Source: Bacteroidota bacterium (lineage in GTDB: Bacteria > Bacteroidota > Bacteroidia > UKL13-3). From it: DNA of 64,000 nucleotides. Positions 20,012 to 29,388 of this stretch are shown piece after piece; within the stretch, counting starts at the first letter, position 1, and each line of letters begins with the position of its first letter. The translations under genes were made by a program, and so were the position numbers. The notes below the pieces were generated by a model. It was not told the origin of the DNA. It was given only the letters and a program-made list of their open reading frames with translations, and ran no database searches. The stretch is from NCBI GenBank assembly GCA_013298895.1, contig JAAFJM010000015.1:7811-71810 (forward strand), read 5' to 3'.

Positions 20012-21646
20012 ATGAAAAAACCTTTCAATACTTTCTATTTCATTATTTTCAGCTTACTAATAACGCTAAAGGTAAGTAGTCAACCATTTTCAAAACAAGA
20101 TTACCTACACGGAAAACTAACTAAATTGCGTAGCAGTTTTGATGTAAAAATGTATGAAATAACAGTAAAAGTAAATATTGACCAAAAGTACATTTCAGGC
20201 AAAAACGATATTACCTTTTTGGCGATAAGCGATTTAAATAAAATACAAATTGATTTAAAATTACCTATGCAAATAGAAAAAGTGGAAATGGATAATACAC
20301 CACTTTTATACGAGCAAGATAGCAATGCTTATTTTATAAAATTTCCCAATACTATAAAAAAAGGAATCAAAACAACTATAACTGTTTACTTTAAAGGAAA
20401 CCCGCCCGTAGCTAAAAATGCACCTTGGGATGGTGGATTTGTATTCAGTAAAGACAGTGCCAATAAACCTTGGGTTGGCCTGGCCTGTGAGGGTTTGGGT
20501 GCTTATAGCTGGTTACCATGTAAAGACCATTTAAGCGATGAAGCCGAAACAATGATAATGCACCTACAAGTTCCAAATGGTTTATCCGGAGTAAGTAATG
20601 GTAAGCTAATAGGCCGCACTCCCCTGTCCGATGGCTACACGCAATTTGATTGGAAAACAAGTTACCCTATCAACAATTATAATATAACTATTAACATAGC
20701 CGATTATGTGCAAATACAAGATGATTACCGAAGTCCACTAAACGGAATTTTGGTTTTAAATTATTTTGTACTGCGCGAAAATGAACAAAAAGCCAAAGTG
20801 CATTTTAAGCAAGTTAAAGATATGATGGCTTGTTTTGAACGTTTTTTTACACCTTATCCTTTTTGGAACGATGGTTATAAACTGGTTGAAACTCCTTATT
20901 GGGGCATGGAACACCAAAGTTGTGTGGCTTATGGAAACGACTATAAAAACAACCAATGGGGTTTTGATTTTATCATAGTACATGAAAGTGGCCACGAATG
21001 GTTTGGCAATAACTTAAGCATGAAAGACCATGCCGATATGTGGATTCATGAAAGTTTTACTACCTACAGCGAATCAGTATTTGTAGAGTTTAAGCAAGGT
21101 TACGATAAAGCAGTAAAATACTTAAATAGTCAAAGGCATCATATAAAAAATTTGGAGCCAATTATAGCTCCGCGCGATGTATATTTTCATGGTAGAACCG
21201 ATAACGATGTATATTACAAAGGAACATGGATGCTACATACCATGCGCAATATGCTTAACAGCGATACTTGTTGGTTTAACATGTTATACGAATTAAACTA
21301 TGACCTAAAACACCAAACACTTACCAGTGCTGATGTAGAAAATTATATCAGTAAACGCACCCGTTACAATTTTAAACCCTTTTTTAACCAATACTTACGC
21401 AAAACTGCCTTGCCTATTTTTGAATATCAGTTTATAGAAAAAGATGATAAACTAGAACTAAAATATCGCCTAAAAACCGATGTAAGAGGACTAGAAATGC
21501 CAATTAAAGTAATGTTAGGTAAAAACAAATTTGAATACATTATTCCTGCCAGCCATTGGAAAATAGTAGAACTACAATACGCCACCAAAGAAAACTTTAA
21601 GGTAGATATTGATAATTACTTAATAGAGGTGAAAGAGAAAAAATAA
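20012..21646 (+). CDS. M1 family metallo-aminopeptidase
   Basis: GMEHQS, HESGHEWFGN...WIHES, YYKG; start moved to MKKPF, just after a TAGATTTG -7 box at 19993-20000. Confidence 0.9.
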   Translation: MKKPFNTFYFIIFSLLITLKVSSQPFSKQDYLHGKLTKLRSSFDVKMYEITVKVNIDQKYISGKNDITFLAISDLNKIQIDLKLPMQIEKVEMDNTPLLYEQDSNAYFIKFPNTIKKGIKTTITVYFKGNPPVAKNAPWDGGFVFSKDSANKPWVGLACEGLGAYSWLPCKDHLSDEAETMIMHLQVPNGLSGVSNGKLIGRTPLSDGYTQFDWKTSYPINNYNITINIADYVQIQDDYRSPLNGILVLNYFVLRENEQKAKVHFKQVKDMMACFERFFTPYPFWNDGYKLVETPYWGMEHQSCVAYGNDYKNNQWGFDFIIVHESGHEWFGNNLSMKDHADMWIHESFTTYSESVFVEFKQGYDKAVKYLNSQRHHIKNLEPIIAPRDVYFHGRTDNDVYYKGTWMLHTMRNMLNSDTCWFNMLYELNYDLKHQTLTSADVENYISKRTRYNFKPFFNQYLRKTALPIFEYQFIEKDDKLELKYRLKTDVRGLEMPIKVMLGKNKFEYIIPASHWKIVELQYATKENFKVDIDNYLIEVKEKK

Positions 21647-21967
21647 ATCATTCTTTACGGCTAATTTTCATCAAAAGTCGATGATTTGGTAAATTATTAT
21701 AATGCCGTCAACAAAGAAATTTAGAAAATAGCCCTGTTGATTTAATCAATTAGTTTCGCCACATATTTTGCAAATTACTGAGAATAACCAAAATGAAATT
21801 GAAGTTTTATTGATACAAATTTGATGAAAATTTCAATAAAATCGGTGTTGGCTAGCATGCCACCATCGGCTTCATCAAATTACATTTAAAATAAACAATT
21901 TAAAGTGCTAAGTTTGAAATTGAGTTAATTGATCAGTTACAAAACAATTATACCACCTATTAGAAAA

Positions 21968-22321
21968 ATGGAAAGAATAAGAACTAATTTTTTTTTGATA
22001 TTACTAACATGTATTGGTTTATTTTATTATTTACATGATTTAGGTAAAAATGGTTGTGATGGTGGATTATGTCTTTTACCAATATTCTTTCAAGGAATTC
22101 CATTTTTGATTAACGCACTTTTTTCAATAATAGCTGTTAACAAGTTTTATGTAAAGAAAAATAGTTTTTGGGTATTTGTAATTATTTCCTTAATTAATAA
22201 TATCTTAATTCAGTCTATAGGATATAGTTTTGAGAAAATAGATTTACCGATTATTACAATAATGGTATTAAATATTATTTTGATCATTTTAAAACTTAAA
22301 TCCGCTAAGAATAGTGAGTAA
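21968..22321 (+). CDS. Hypothetical membrane protein (about 4 TM segments)
   Basis: ORF with hydrophobic segments and CDGGLC; ATG start 21968. Confidence 0.6.
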   Translation: MERIRTNFFLILLTCIGLFYYLHDLGKNGCDGGLCLLPIFFQGIPFLINALFSIIAVNKFYVKKNSFWVFVIISLINNILIQSIGYSFEKIDLPIITIMVLNIILIILKLKSAKNSE

Positions 22322-22335
22322 ATTTTTTTATTTAT

Positions 22336-22463
22336 TTTAACCGCAAAGGACACAAATATTTTCGCAAAGAACGCTAAGGAAAGAAGCCACAGATTGAGCA
22401 AATAACACAGCTTTTTTTGTTTAACCGCAAAGGACGCAAAGATTTTCGCAAAGAACGCAAAGG
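22336..22463. repeat. Two 44-nt direct repeats of a CGCAAAG-periodic REP-like element
   Basis: 22336-22379 and 22420-22463, 3 mismatches (TTTAACCGCAAAGGACRCAAAKATTTTCGCAAAGAACGCWAAGG). Confidence 0.9.
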
Positions 22464-22494
22464 TTTTTGATGCTAGAAGTAAATCACTCACAAC

Positions 22495-23052
22495 ATGAAA
22501 AAACTAATTACAACTATTTTCTTAGGTTTAGCTTTAGCTTTGATGGGTGAAATACTCGCTTTTTATGTTTATTCAAATATTGATCATGGAGGAATTCTTA
22601 ATGGACTTATCGGTATAACTGCTTTTTTTAGCATTTTCTTTGGAACAATTATAATATCAATTTATCATGAAGAATACATAAAGAAGAATGTCCGTTTTAA
22701 AACAAAAAGTAATTATCTAAACTTTTTAATCGGTAGTACTTTATTTATAATTTTTAAACTCCCATTTGTTTTGGCTATTATGACCTTCTATCATTTTACT
22801 GGAAATTATCATTACAATCAACTAAAGCAGTTTGGTATTGTAAAAACTGTATTTATTGAATCGGAAATTACAGGTAAAAATAGTCGACATGACATGTGCT
22901 TTCAATTTAGCCATAATGGTAAGCTTTGGGAAGGCATGTTGGATGCTTGGCAATATCAAGTTGGCGATTCAGCACAAATTATTTACTCAAGTCAAAATCC
23001 TAACGAAACAGAATGGTATATTAAATATCTTGAAGATAAAGAGAATAAATAA
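22495..23052 (+). CDS. Hypothetical membrane protein (3 TM plus small C-terminal beta domain)
   Basis: ORF 185 aa; C-terminal YQVGDSAQIIYSSQNP resembles DUF3592-type ends. Confidence 0.65.
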   Translation: MKKLITTIFLGLALALMGEILAFYVYSNIDHGGILNGLIGITAFFSIFFGTIIISIYHEEYIKKNVRFKTKSNYLNFLIGSTLFIIFKLPFVLAIMTFYHFTGNYHYNQLKQFGIVKTVFIESEITGKNSRHDMCFQFSHNGKLWEGMLDAWQYQVGDSAQIIYSSQNPNETEWYIKYLEDKENK

Positions 23053-23171
23053 CATTCATTAAACTTGTTATTCATCCAACACAAAAATTCCTTAAAGCAA
23101 AAAGATGTTGGCAGTTAAGCCAACATAAATATCAAATTCATCTGTACAATCTGTGAAATCTGTGGCTAATA

Positions 23172-24365
23172 CTATTTATTTTCCCAAAAACGATATTGTT
23201 TGGTTTCGTTAAATATAAAAGTCAAAATATTTTTATCGTCTTCTGTTAATTCTACGTTTCTGCGTTTATAAACTGCTTCGGCTGTTTTAAAAAACTTATT
23301 GATTACAAATGTTTCAAAACCTTGTGCGCCACCCCAAGCAAAATCAGGAATGAAGTTTCGAGGAAAACCTGCGCCAAACACATTTGCGCCCACTCCTACC
23401 ACCGTTCCTGTGTTAAACATGCTATTAATGCCACATTTTGCATGATCGGCCATTATTAAGCCGCAAAACGTTAAGCCAGTTTTTTCAAACTTTTGTTTAT
23501 CGTAATTCCAAAGTTTTACTTCATCGTAAGTATTTTTAAGGTTTGAGTTATTGGTATCGGCACCCATATTTACCCACTCGCCAATTACAGCATTGCCCAC
23601 AAACCCATCATGACCTTTATTGCTGTAAGCAAAAAACACCGCATTACTAACCTCGCCACCTACTTTGCAATAAGGACCAACAGTAGTTCCACCGTAAATT
23701 TTAGCATCCATTTTTAAACCAGCATGTTCGCACAAAGCAAAAGGCCCGCGTATTTTGCAGCCTTCCATTACTTCGGCATCAGCCGCTATATAAATTGGCC
23801 CACCCGAAGCATTTAAAATACTGCATTCTACAATAGCGCCTTCTTCTAAAAATACATTTTCGGGTTTTATAACTTGGTTGGTACTTGAAATAGGTTGCGA
23901 TTTACGACCCGCAGTTAATAATTTAAAATCATCTTCAATACCTTTGGCATTGTTCGAAAAAATATCTTGAGGAAATTTGATATGAATAAAATCCTCCGCT
24001 TTGGTTTCAATTAATTCAAACTGCGTAGTAATATTGGCAATATCAACAAACAAAGCACTATTAAATGCAATAATTACATTGTTTTTATAAAGCGCTTGTC
24101 CTTTGGTTAAACTACTAATTTCATTTACTAAAACCTCTGTAGGACAAATACTTCCATTCACAAAAATATTTTCAGCTTCCAAAGTTATAGGAAACTTGTT
24201 TTGCAAATAATCCATTGTTAAATACGAAACATTGGTTTTTAAATGCTTTTCCCATTTTTGAGCAATGGTTAAAATACCACACCTAACATTGGCCACAGGC
24301 CTAGTAAAAGTTAATGGTAACAGATTCTGTCTATCGGTAGGGTTATCGAATAAAATGTAATTCAT
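23172..24365 (-). CDS. GlmU-family putative sugar nucleotidyltransferase (Bacteroidota type) with hexapeptide repeats
   Basis: LLPLTFTRPVA..RCGILTI..KW; SNKGHDGF.GN.VIGEW.N.GA.TN.SNLKN. Confidence 0.88.
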   Translation of the reverse strand: MNYILFDNPTDRQNLLPLTFTRPVANVRCGILTIAQKWEKHLKTNVSYLTMDYLQNKFPITLEAENIFVNGSICPTEVLVNEISSLTKGQALYKNNVIIAFNSALFVDIANITTQFELIETKAEDFIHIKFPQDIFSNNAKGIEDDFKLLTAGRKSQPISSTNQVIKPENVFLEEGAIVECSILNASGGPIYIAADAEVMEGCKIRGPFALCEHAGLKMDAKIYGGTTVGPYCKVGGEVSNAVFFAYSNKGHDGFVGNAVIGEWVNMGADTNNSNLKNTYDEVKLWNYDKQKFEKTGLTFCGLIMADHAKCGINSMFNTGTVVGVGANVFGAGFPRNFIPDFAWGGAQGFETFVINKFFKTAEAVYKRRNVELTEDDKNILTFIFNETKQYRFWENK

Positions 24366-24410
24366 TTGGTAAAATTTTTTATAAAATAAAACTGCAATTA
24401 GCTAAAAATA

Positions 24411-24436
24411 AAAAAGCCTTCCAAATGGAAGGCTTT
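24411..24436 (-). terminator. Terminator after rpmE2
   Basis: AAAGCCTTCCA-AA-TGGAAGGCTTT with A run on the left. Confidence 0.75.
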
Positions 24437-24457
24437 AAATATTTGTAAACAAAAAAA

Positions 24458-24706
24458 TTATTTTTTTGCGTAACGTTTGTTGAATTTATCAATACGACCT
24501 GCTGTATCGATTAACATACTTTGGCCTGTAAAAAACGGATGTGATTTGTAAGAAATCTCTAATTTGAATAGAGGATATTCAATTCCATCTTCCAATGTAA
24601 TTGTATCTTTAGTATCTACTGTTGAACCAGTTACAAAAGTATATCCGTTACTCATATCTTTAAATGCAACTTTTCTATAATTTTCTGGATGAATTCCTGC
24701 TTTCAT
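24458..24706 (-). CDS. rpmE2: 50S ribosomal protein L31 type B
   Basis: [11 protein letters not shown]...SHPFFTG....DTAGRIDKF; no Zn-binding Cys; start at 24706. Confidence 0.95.
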   Translation of the reverse strand: MKAGIHPENYRKVAFKDMSNGYTFVTGSTVDTKDTITLEDGIEYPLFKLEISYKSHPFFTGQSMLIDTAGRIDKFNKRYAKK

Positions 24707-24727
24707 TTTATTTATTATTTTGGAGTG

Positions 24728-24735
24728 CAAAAGTA
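24728..24735 (-). promoter_or_regulatory. -7 box for rpmE2
   Basis: TACTTTTG on minus strand (TAnnTTTG). Confidence 0.6.
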
Positions 24736-24842
24736 ATTTATTTTGAAATAAATGCAAATATATTCGAGAAAAATATTTTTATTTTATCATAAAATAATCC
24801 AAAAGCATTGTAAAATCTATTCGGAAAGCTTTTAATAATAAA

Positions 24843-24850
24843 TATATTTG
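24843..24850 (+). promoter_or_regulatory. -7 box for the PyrR-like gene
   Basis: TATATTTG, 21 bp before the start. Confidence 0.6.
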
Positions 24851-24870
24851 CCCAATAATTTTTTATAAAA

Positions 24871-25368
24871 GTGAAAACAAAAGTACTCAATCATTCAGAC
24901 ATTGAAAAAATTATTAAGCGTATGGCTTACCAAATTTATGAAAATAATTTTGGAGACAAACACATTACGTTTGTTGGCATTAGCTCGCGCGGATATGAAA
25001 TTGCTAAATTATTGCAAGCTGAATTAGATATAATTAGTAATTTAAAATCGAATTTGCTTGAAATTACCATTGATAAGGAAGCACCATCTATTGAAAATAC
25101 AGTAATTAAACCAGTCAAATTTGAGGTAAAAGGCACTGTAGTAATTATTGACGATGTGTTAAACACTGGCCGCACTTTGGTTTATGCTGCGTTGCCATTT
25201 TTAAATTATAAATTAAGTAAATTACAAGTTGCAGTATTGGTTGATAGAAACCATAAAAAATTCCCTATAGCTGCCGATTATACTGGCATTCAGCTTAACA
25301 CTACTTTTCAAGAGCATGTAAGTGTGGAGCAAAATAAAAAGAAACAATTTGAAGTTTACTTACAGTAA
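24871..25368 (+). CDS. PyrR-like phosphoribosyltransferase
   Basis: I.RMAYQIYE; VVIIDDVLNTGRTL PRPP loop; AVLVDR.H..FPI.ADY.G. Confidence 0.85.
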   Translation: MKTKVLNHSDIEKIIKRMAYQIYENNFGDKHITFVGISSRGYEIAKLLQAELDIISNLKSNLLEITIDKEAPSIENTVIKPVKFEVKGTVVIIDDVLNTGRTLVYAALPFLNYKLSKLQVAVLVDRNHKKFPIAADYTGIQLNTTFQEHVSVEQNKKKQFEVYLQ

Positions 25369-25398
25369 GGTGAAAAAAAAAATTTAAATTTATTAAAC

Positions 25399-25429
25399 AA
25401 AAAAGGCTGTTCAAATGAACAGCCTTTTT
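25399..25429. terminator. Bidirectional terminator between the PyrR-like gene and HU
   Basis: AAAAAGGCTGTTC-AAAT-GAACAGCCTTTTT. Confidence 0.85.
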
Positions 25430-25457
25430 AATTTCTTTGCTACAATAGCTCGTTAAA

Positions 25458-25730
25458 TTACTTAACTTTAGCTTGTAAGTTAGCACCAGCTTTGAACTTA
25501 ACAACCTTTTTAGCAGGAATGTTAATTTCTTTACCAGTTTGAGGATTACGTCCTTTACGAGCAGCACGTTTAGTTACCGAAAAGGTTCCAAAACCTACTA
25601 AAATTACTTTGTCGTTTTTCTTCAATGCTCCTTGAGTTGATAACATAAATGCATCTAAAGAAGCAGCAGCTTGAACTTTAGTAATACCGGCAGCTTTTGC
25701 CATTGAATCGATTAAGTCTGATTTGTTCAT
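25458..25730 (-). CDS. hup: DNA-binding protein HU
   Basis: MNKSDLI...GFGTF....RAARKGRNPQTG. Confidence 0.95.
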   Translation of the reverse strand: MNKSDLIDSMAKAAGITKVQAAASLDAFMLSTQGALKKNDKVILVGFGTFSVTKRAARKGRNPQTGKEINIPAKKVVKFKAGANLQAKVK

Positions 25731-25872
25731 ATATTATATTTAAAAATTTTTGCATAACGAAAGTAGTTATACTATTTAAAAAATCAAGTGTTGTGCCAAA
25801 TTTTTCAAAAAAAATACAAAATTAAATTTTCACACATTATCAACAAAAAGCAAGGATTAGTTATATTTAATA

Positions 25873-26403
25873 CTAAAAACCATATGTTAAAATTAGCTGA
25901 GACGCTTTATTTACAAAGGTTTGCACTGATTCTTGTGGTACACCAAAAGTGTATTTTGCTTGGCTATAATAGTCTTTTCTTTTAATCAATAATTCATCTA
26001 TTTTTACTTCAATTTCGGGCTTTAAAAGGTTAAAGAACAATGGTCTCTGCTTCTTTGCATTCAAAATTCTATCTACCAAAATACCTTTATTGGCATTTAT
26101 GTAAATAGTTATGCCTGTATTATTCATCAATTGCATGTTGGTAAAATAACAAGGACAACCTCCGCCAGTACTCACTAAAACATGGCTTAAAAGTGATGTT
26201 TCAAGTAAACATTTCTGCTCTATATCTCTAAAATATTCTTCACCTTTTTGTTCAAAAATATTTTCAATACTCATACCTGTTGTTTTTTCAATCATATCAT
26301 CAAGATCAATAAACGAGTATTTTAAGGCATTGGCAAGCTTTTTACCCCAAGTACTTTTACCTGAACCTGGCATGCCGATTATATATACTCTTTGATTTTT
26401 GAT
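25873..26403 (-). CDS. aroK: Shikimate kinase (true start uncertain, probably non-canonical, upstream of 26373)
   Basis: GMPGSGKST P-loop, DLD, GE..FR..E, STGGG, RPL; in-frame upstream IKNQRVYIIG. Confidence 0.9.
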   Translation of the reverse strand: MKNQRVYIIGMPGSGKSTWGKKLANALKYSFIDLDDMIEKTTGMSIENIFEQKGEEYFRDIEQKCLLETSLLSHVLVSTGGGCPCYFTNMQLMNNTGITIYINANKGILVDRILNAKKQRPLFFNLLKPEIEVKIDELLIKRKDYYSQAKYTFGVPQESVQTFVNKASQLILTYGF

Positions 26404-26503
26404 AACAGCTTCTTGAATTATGAATGGTGAATTATGAATTTTGAATGCGTTTGAAAGTAACTACTTTAATATACTAATTACCAATAAACTGAATAACTAA
26501 TAA

Positions 26504-27616
26504 TTATTGCATGTAACGCATTACAATATCGTAGGTTGGGAAGTTATAAGCACTCCATTTTTTTACAACCACTCCACCTTTCATTAATATCAATCCTGGG
26601 TTTGAGCGAACCATTGATTTTAAAGGAACTGCATCTACTGTATAATAATTAAATGCCAATTGATTTTGATGGCGATAAGCTTCTAAAGTTTCAGCCGAAG
26701 TAGCAGTTAAAGCCCAAAATTCTTTGCAATCTTTTTTACAATCATCGGCTAATAAAGCTATTTGTTTTTCTAAGCCTTTGCGCCCTTCAGTTACTGATTT
26801 TTGAACCAACACAAGCTTATATCCTTTGTTAGCAAATAAACTATCAGTATAGTTTAAACCATCGGTATTGGTAAGGCTAAAGTCGTGAATAGGCGGCTTG
26901 CAACCTTCGCGCACTACTTTATCAATTCTATCTACAAATTTATAGTTGGTATCGTTTGGAATATGGTTAACATCAAACTCTTCTTTTACGCCATTTTTTT
27001 CGTAAATAAACATCATAACTACTGAATCAACTGGGGAACCCGGAGGGCAAACCATTTTTTCAGGAATATTATTGCCAACTTTATAAGGTAAAAAATCTTT
27101 TACTGGTAAAAACATATAAGTGTAAAAAGTAAAGAATGTTACCACTAAAAATGCTACGGAAAGAGCAATATTTTGTAAGGTAAATTTCATCAAAGGTTTT
27201 AAGTGTTTTTGTCCAAAGAAAATGAATAAAATAAACACCAATAAAATCAAATCTTTATAGAACGACTCGACAGGTTTTAACTTAATGGCATCGCCAAAGC
27301 AACCGCAATCGGTAACTTTATGTGTAATGGCTGAATAACCCGTTAAAAGTGTAAAAAACACTATCATTAATAACAATAACCATGCATTTAGTTTGTTAAA
27401 AGCACCTAGCAATAATGCTACACCACTAATAATTTCGAAAATACATATAAACATGGCCAAAGCCACTGCATAAGGAATAAAAATTGGCATGTTAAATACC
27501 TCAAAGTATTCTTCTAATTTATAACTAAAACCTATGGTATCATTGGCCTTAATTAATCCTGAAATAATAAATAATACGCCTACAAATACTCGGCTAATTT
27601 GTGTTATAATTTTCAT
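26504..27616 (-). CDS. BT_3928-family DoxX/MauE membrane protein with thioredoxin-like C-terminus
   Basis: R.FVG.LFIISG.IKAND..GF.YKL.EYF; DCGCFGDA; DFLPYKVG; RSNPGL. Confidence 0.88.
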   Translation of the reverse strand: MKIITQISRVFVGVLFIISGLIKANDTIGFSYKLEEYFEVFNMPIFIPYAVALAMFICIFEIISGVALLLGAFNKLNAWLLLLMIVFFTLLTGYSAITHKVTDCGCFGDAIKLKPVESFYKDLILLVFILFIFFGQKHLKPLMKFTLQNIALSVAFLVVTFFTFYTYMFLPVKDFLPYKVGNNIPEKMVCPPGSPVDSVVMMFIYEKNGVKEEFDVNHIPNDTNYKFVDRIDKVVREGCKPPIHDFSLTNTDGLNYTDSLFANKGYKLVLVQKSVTEGRKGLEKQIALLADDCKKDCKEFWALTATSAETLEAYRHQNQLAFNYYTVDAVPLKSMVRSNPGLILMKGGVVVKKWSAYNFPTYDIVMRYMQ

Positions 27617-27625
27617 GTGTTTATA

Positions 27626-27689
27626 TTGTTGAACTGTTGGATTGTTTAATTGCTTAATTGTTGAACTGTTTAATTGTTGTATTGTTTGA
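27626..27689. repeat. Degenerate octamer tandem repeat (AYTGYTDD, about 8 units)
   Basis: attgttga actgttgg attgttta attgctta attgttga actgttta attgttgt attgtttg. Confidence 0.8.
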
Positions 27690-27797
27690 TATCTTTTTTA
27701 AACTTATCAAAACATTGCTTAACTGCTTAATTATTTTATTATCTATTGCATTATGTTTAAAACCATTTACCAAAAGCTAGTAGCTAGCGGCCAGAAG

Positions 27798-28340
27798 CTA
27801 ATTGTTAGGAGCTAACTTTATCAACGCAAAAACAGAATAATTTATCATATCCATTAGGTTACTATCAATTCCTTCGCTGGCTATGGTTTTTCCTTTATTA
27901 TCTAAAATTTGTTTCATACGTTGAATACGCATTAGCAACATATCGGTAAAAGTTGTAACCAACATATCGCGCCAAACTTCGCCATAATCGTGGTTTTTTT
28001 CTTCCATTAAGGTTTTGGTTTGTGATACATATTTATCGTAAAGCATAGCAATGGTTTCTTGTGGTAAATCCATTTGTTTGTTATCAACCAATTCTAATTG
28101 AATTAAGCCCATAATACAATAATTAATAATGCCCATAAACTCAGGTTCAATACCCTCGTTTACCTTCATGGTTCCATTATCTTCAATAGTTCTAATACGG
28201 TTAGCTTTTATATAAATTTGGTCTATAATACTACTAATACGCATTATGCGCCATGATGTTCCATAATCTGCATTTTTATTTATAAATACTGCTCTACATT
28301 TCTGTATTACAGCATCGTATTGAGTTGAAGTTTTGCTCAT
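27798..28340 (-). CDS. DUF1599 domain protein (two copies of the domain)
   Basis: K..DYGTSWR...DQI.IKA.RI and KNHDYGE.WR...DM.NYSVFALI. Confidence 0.9.
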   Translation of the reverse strand: MSKTSTQYDAVIQKCRAVFINKNADYGTSWRIMRISSIIDQIYIKANRIRTIEDNGTMKVNEGIEPEFMGIINYCIMGLIQLELVDNKQMDLPQETIAMLYDKYVSQTKTLMEEKNHDYGEVWRDMLVTTFTDMLLMRIQRMKQILDNKGKTIASEGIDSNLMDMINYSVFALIKLAPNN

Positions 28341-28407
28341 TCTGTTTTTTAAAAATTATTTATAAAACCTATTTTTATATTGCGCAAAATTAAACCTACA
28401 TCTCACA

Positions 28408-29259
28408 TTGCAAACATTTAAATCTAAAAAATATATTAATTGTAAAGGAAAATTGGTAAACCTTGAAAAACCTGCTGTAATGGGCATTTTAAATATTACC
28501 AACGATAGTTTTTTTGATGGAGGCAAACACAATTCGGTTGATAATGCGCTTTTTCAAACTGAAAAAATGCTGAACGAAGGTGCCACTTTTATTGATGTTG
28601 GAGCACAATCTACTAGGCCAGGAGCTGATATGATAGGTCAAGAAGCCGAATTAAAAGCCGCTATTCCTGTAATTGAAAAACTAGTTAAAAAATTTCCTGA
28701 AATTATTATCTCCATTGATACTTTTAGAGCAGAAGTAGCCAAGCAAGCCATAGCCGCAGGTGCTTCAATGATTAACGATGTATCTGGCGGAGAAGACGAC
28801 CCAAAAATGTTTGAAACTGTAATTAACTTAAAAGTGCCTTACATATTAATGCACAAACAAGGCGATTATAAAACCATGCACCATAACCCTACTTATCAAA
28901 ATGTAGTTACTGATATTATGAACTATTTTATTCCAAAAGTGGAGTATTTAAAGCAAAATGGAGTAGCTGATTTAATTTTAGATTTGGGTTTTGGATTTGG
29001 CAAAAATTTGGAGCATAATTACGAATTGCTTATTAAAATGGATAGATTCAAAATATTTGAATTGCCTATTTTAGTAGGAGTTTCGCGCAAAAAAATGATT
29101 CAAAATATAATCGAAGCTGATGCACAACAAGCACTTAACGGCACAACTGTAGTTAATACTATAGCCTTGATGAAAGGAGCTAAAATACTGCGTGTTCATG
29201 ATGTAAAAGAAGCGGTTGAGGCAGTAAAGATAATGATGCAGTGTAATGTTGAATTATGA
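28408..29259 (+). CDS. folP: Dihydropteroate synthase
   Basis: VMGILN.T.DSF.DGG, DVGAQSTRPG, SIDT, INDVSG, GFGFGK, G.SRK, RVHDV. Confidence 0.96.
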   Translation: MQTFKSKKYINCKGKLVNLEKPAVMGILNITNDSFFDGGKHNSVDNALFQTEKMLNEGATFIDVGAQSTRPGADMIGQEAELKAAIPVIEKLVKKFPEIIISIDTFRAEVAKQAIAAGASMINDVSGGEDDPKMFETVINLKVPYILMHKQGDYKTMHHNPTYQNVVTDIMNYFIPKVEYLKQNGVADLILDLGFGFGKNLEHNYELLIKMDRFKIFELPILVGVSRKKMIQNIIEADAQQALNGTTVVNTIALMKGAKILRVHDVKEAVEAVKIMMQCNVEL

Positions 29260-29298
29260 ATTATGAATGTTGAATTGTAAATTGCTCAACTAATTTTC

Positions 29299-29361
29299 AA
29301 TCACAAATCACAAATCACAAATCACAAATCACAAATCACAAATCACAAATCACAAATCACA
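29299..29361 (+). repeat. Perfect heptamer tandem repeat (AATCACA)9
   Basis: Nine exact copies counted between folP and cdaA. Confidence 0.95.
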
Positions 29362-29388
29362 AAATTGAAAAATCTCTAAATTAACTAA

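Noticed and set aside
21647..21967. Possible pseudogene or hairpin (TTTGATGAA...TTCATCAAA; FDENFNKIGVG reading)
   Set aside because: Too short and ambiguous to assign.
22336..22463. CRISPR-like repeat-spacer-repeat (44/40/44 nt)
   Set aside because: Only two repeats, internally periodic (CGCAAAG), the spacer contains another repeat family, and no cas genes are in the window.
22210..22491. Minus-strand ORF with a repeated FAFFAKIFASFAVK
   Set aside because: Translation of the non-coding 44-nt repeats.
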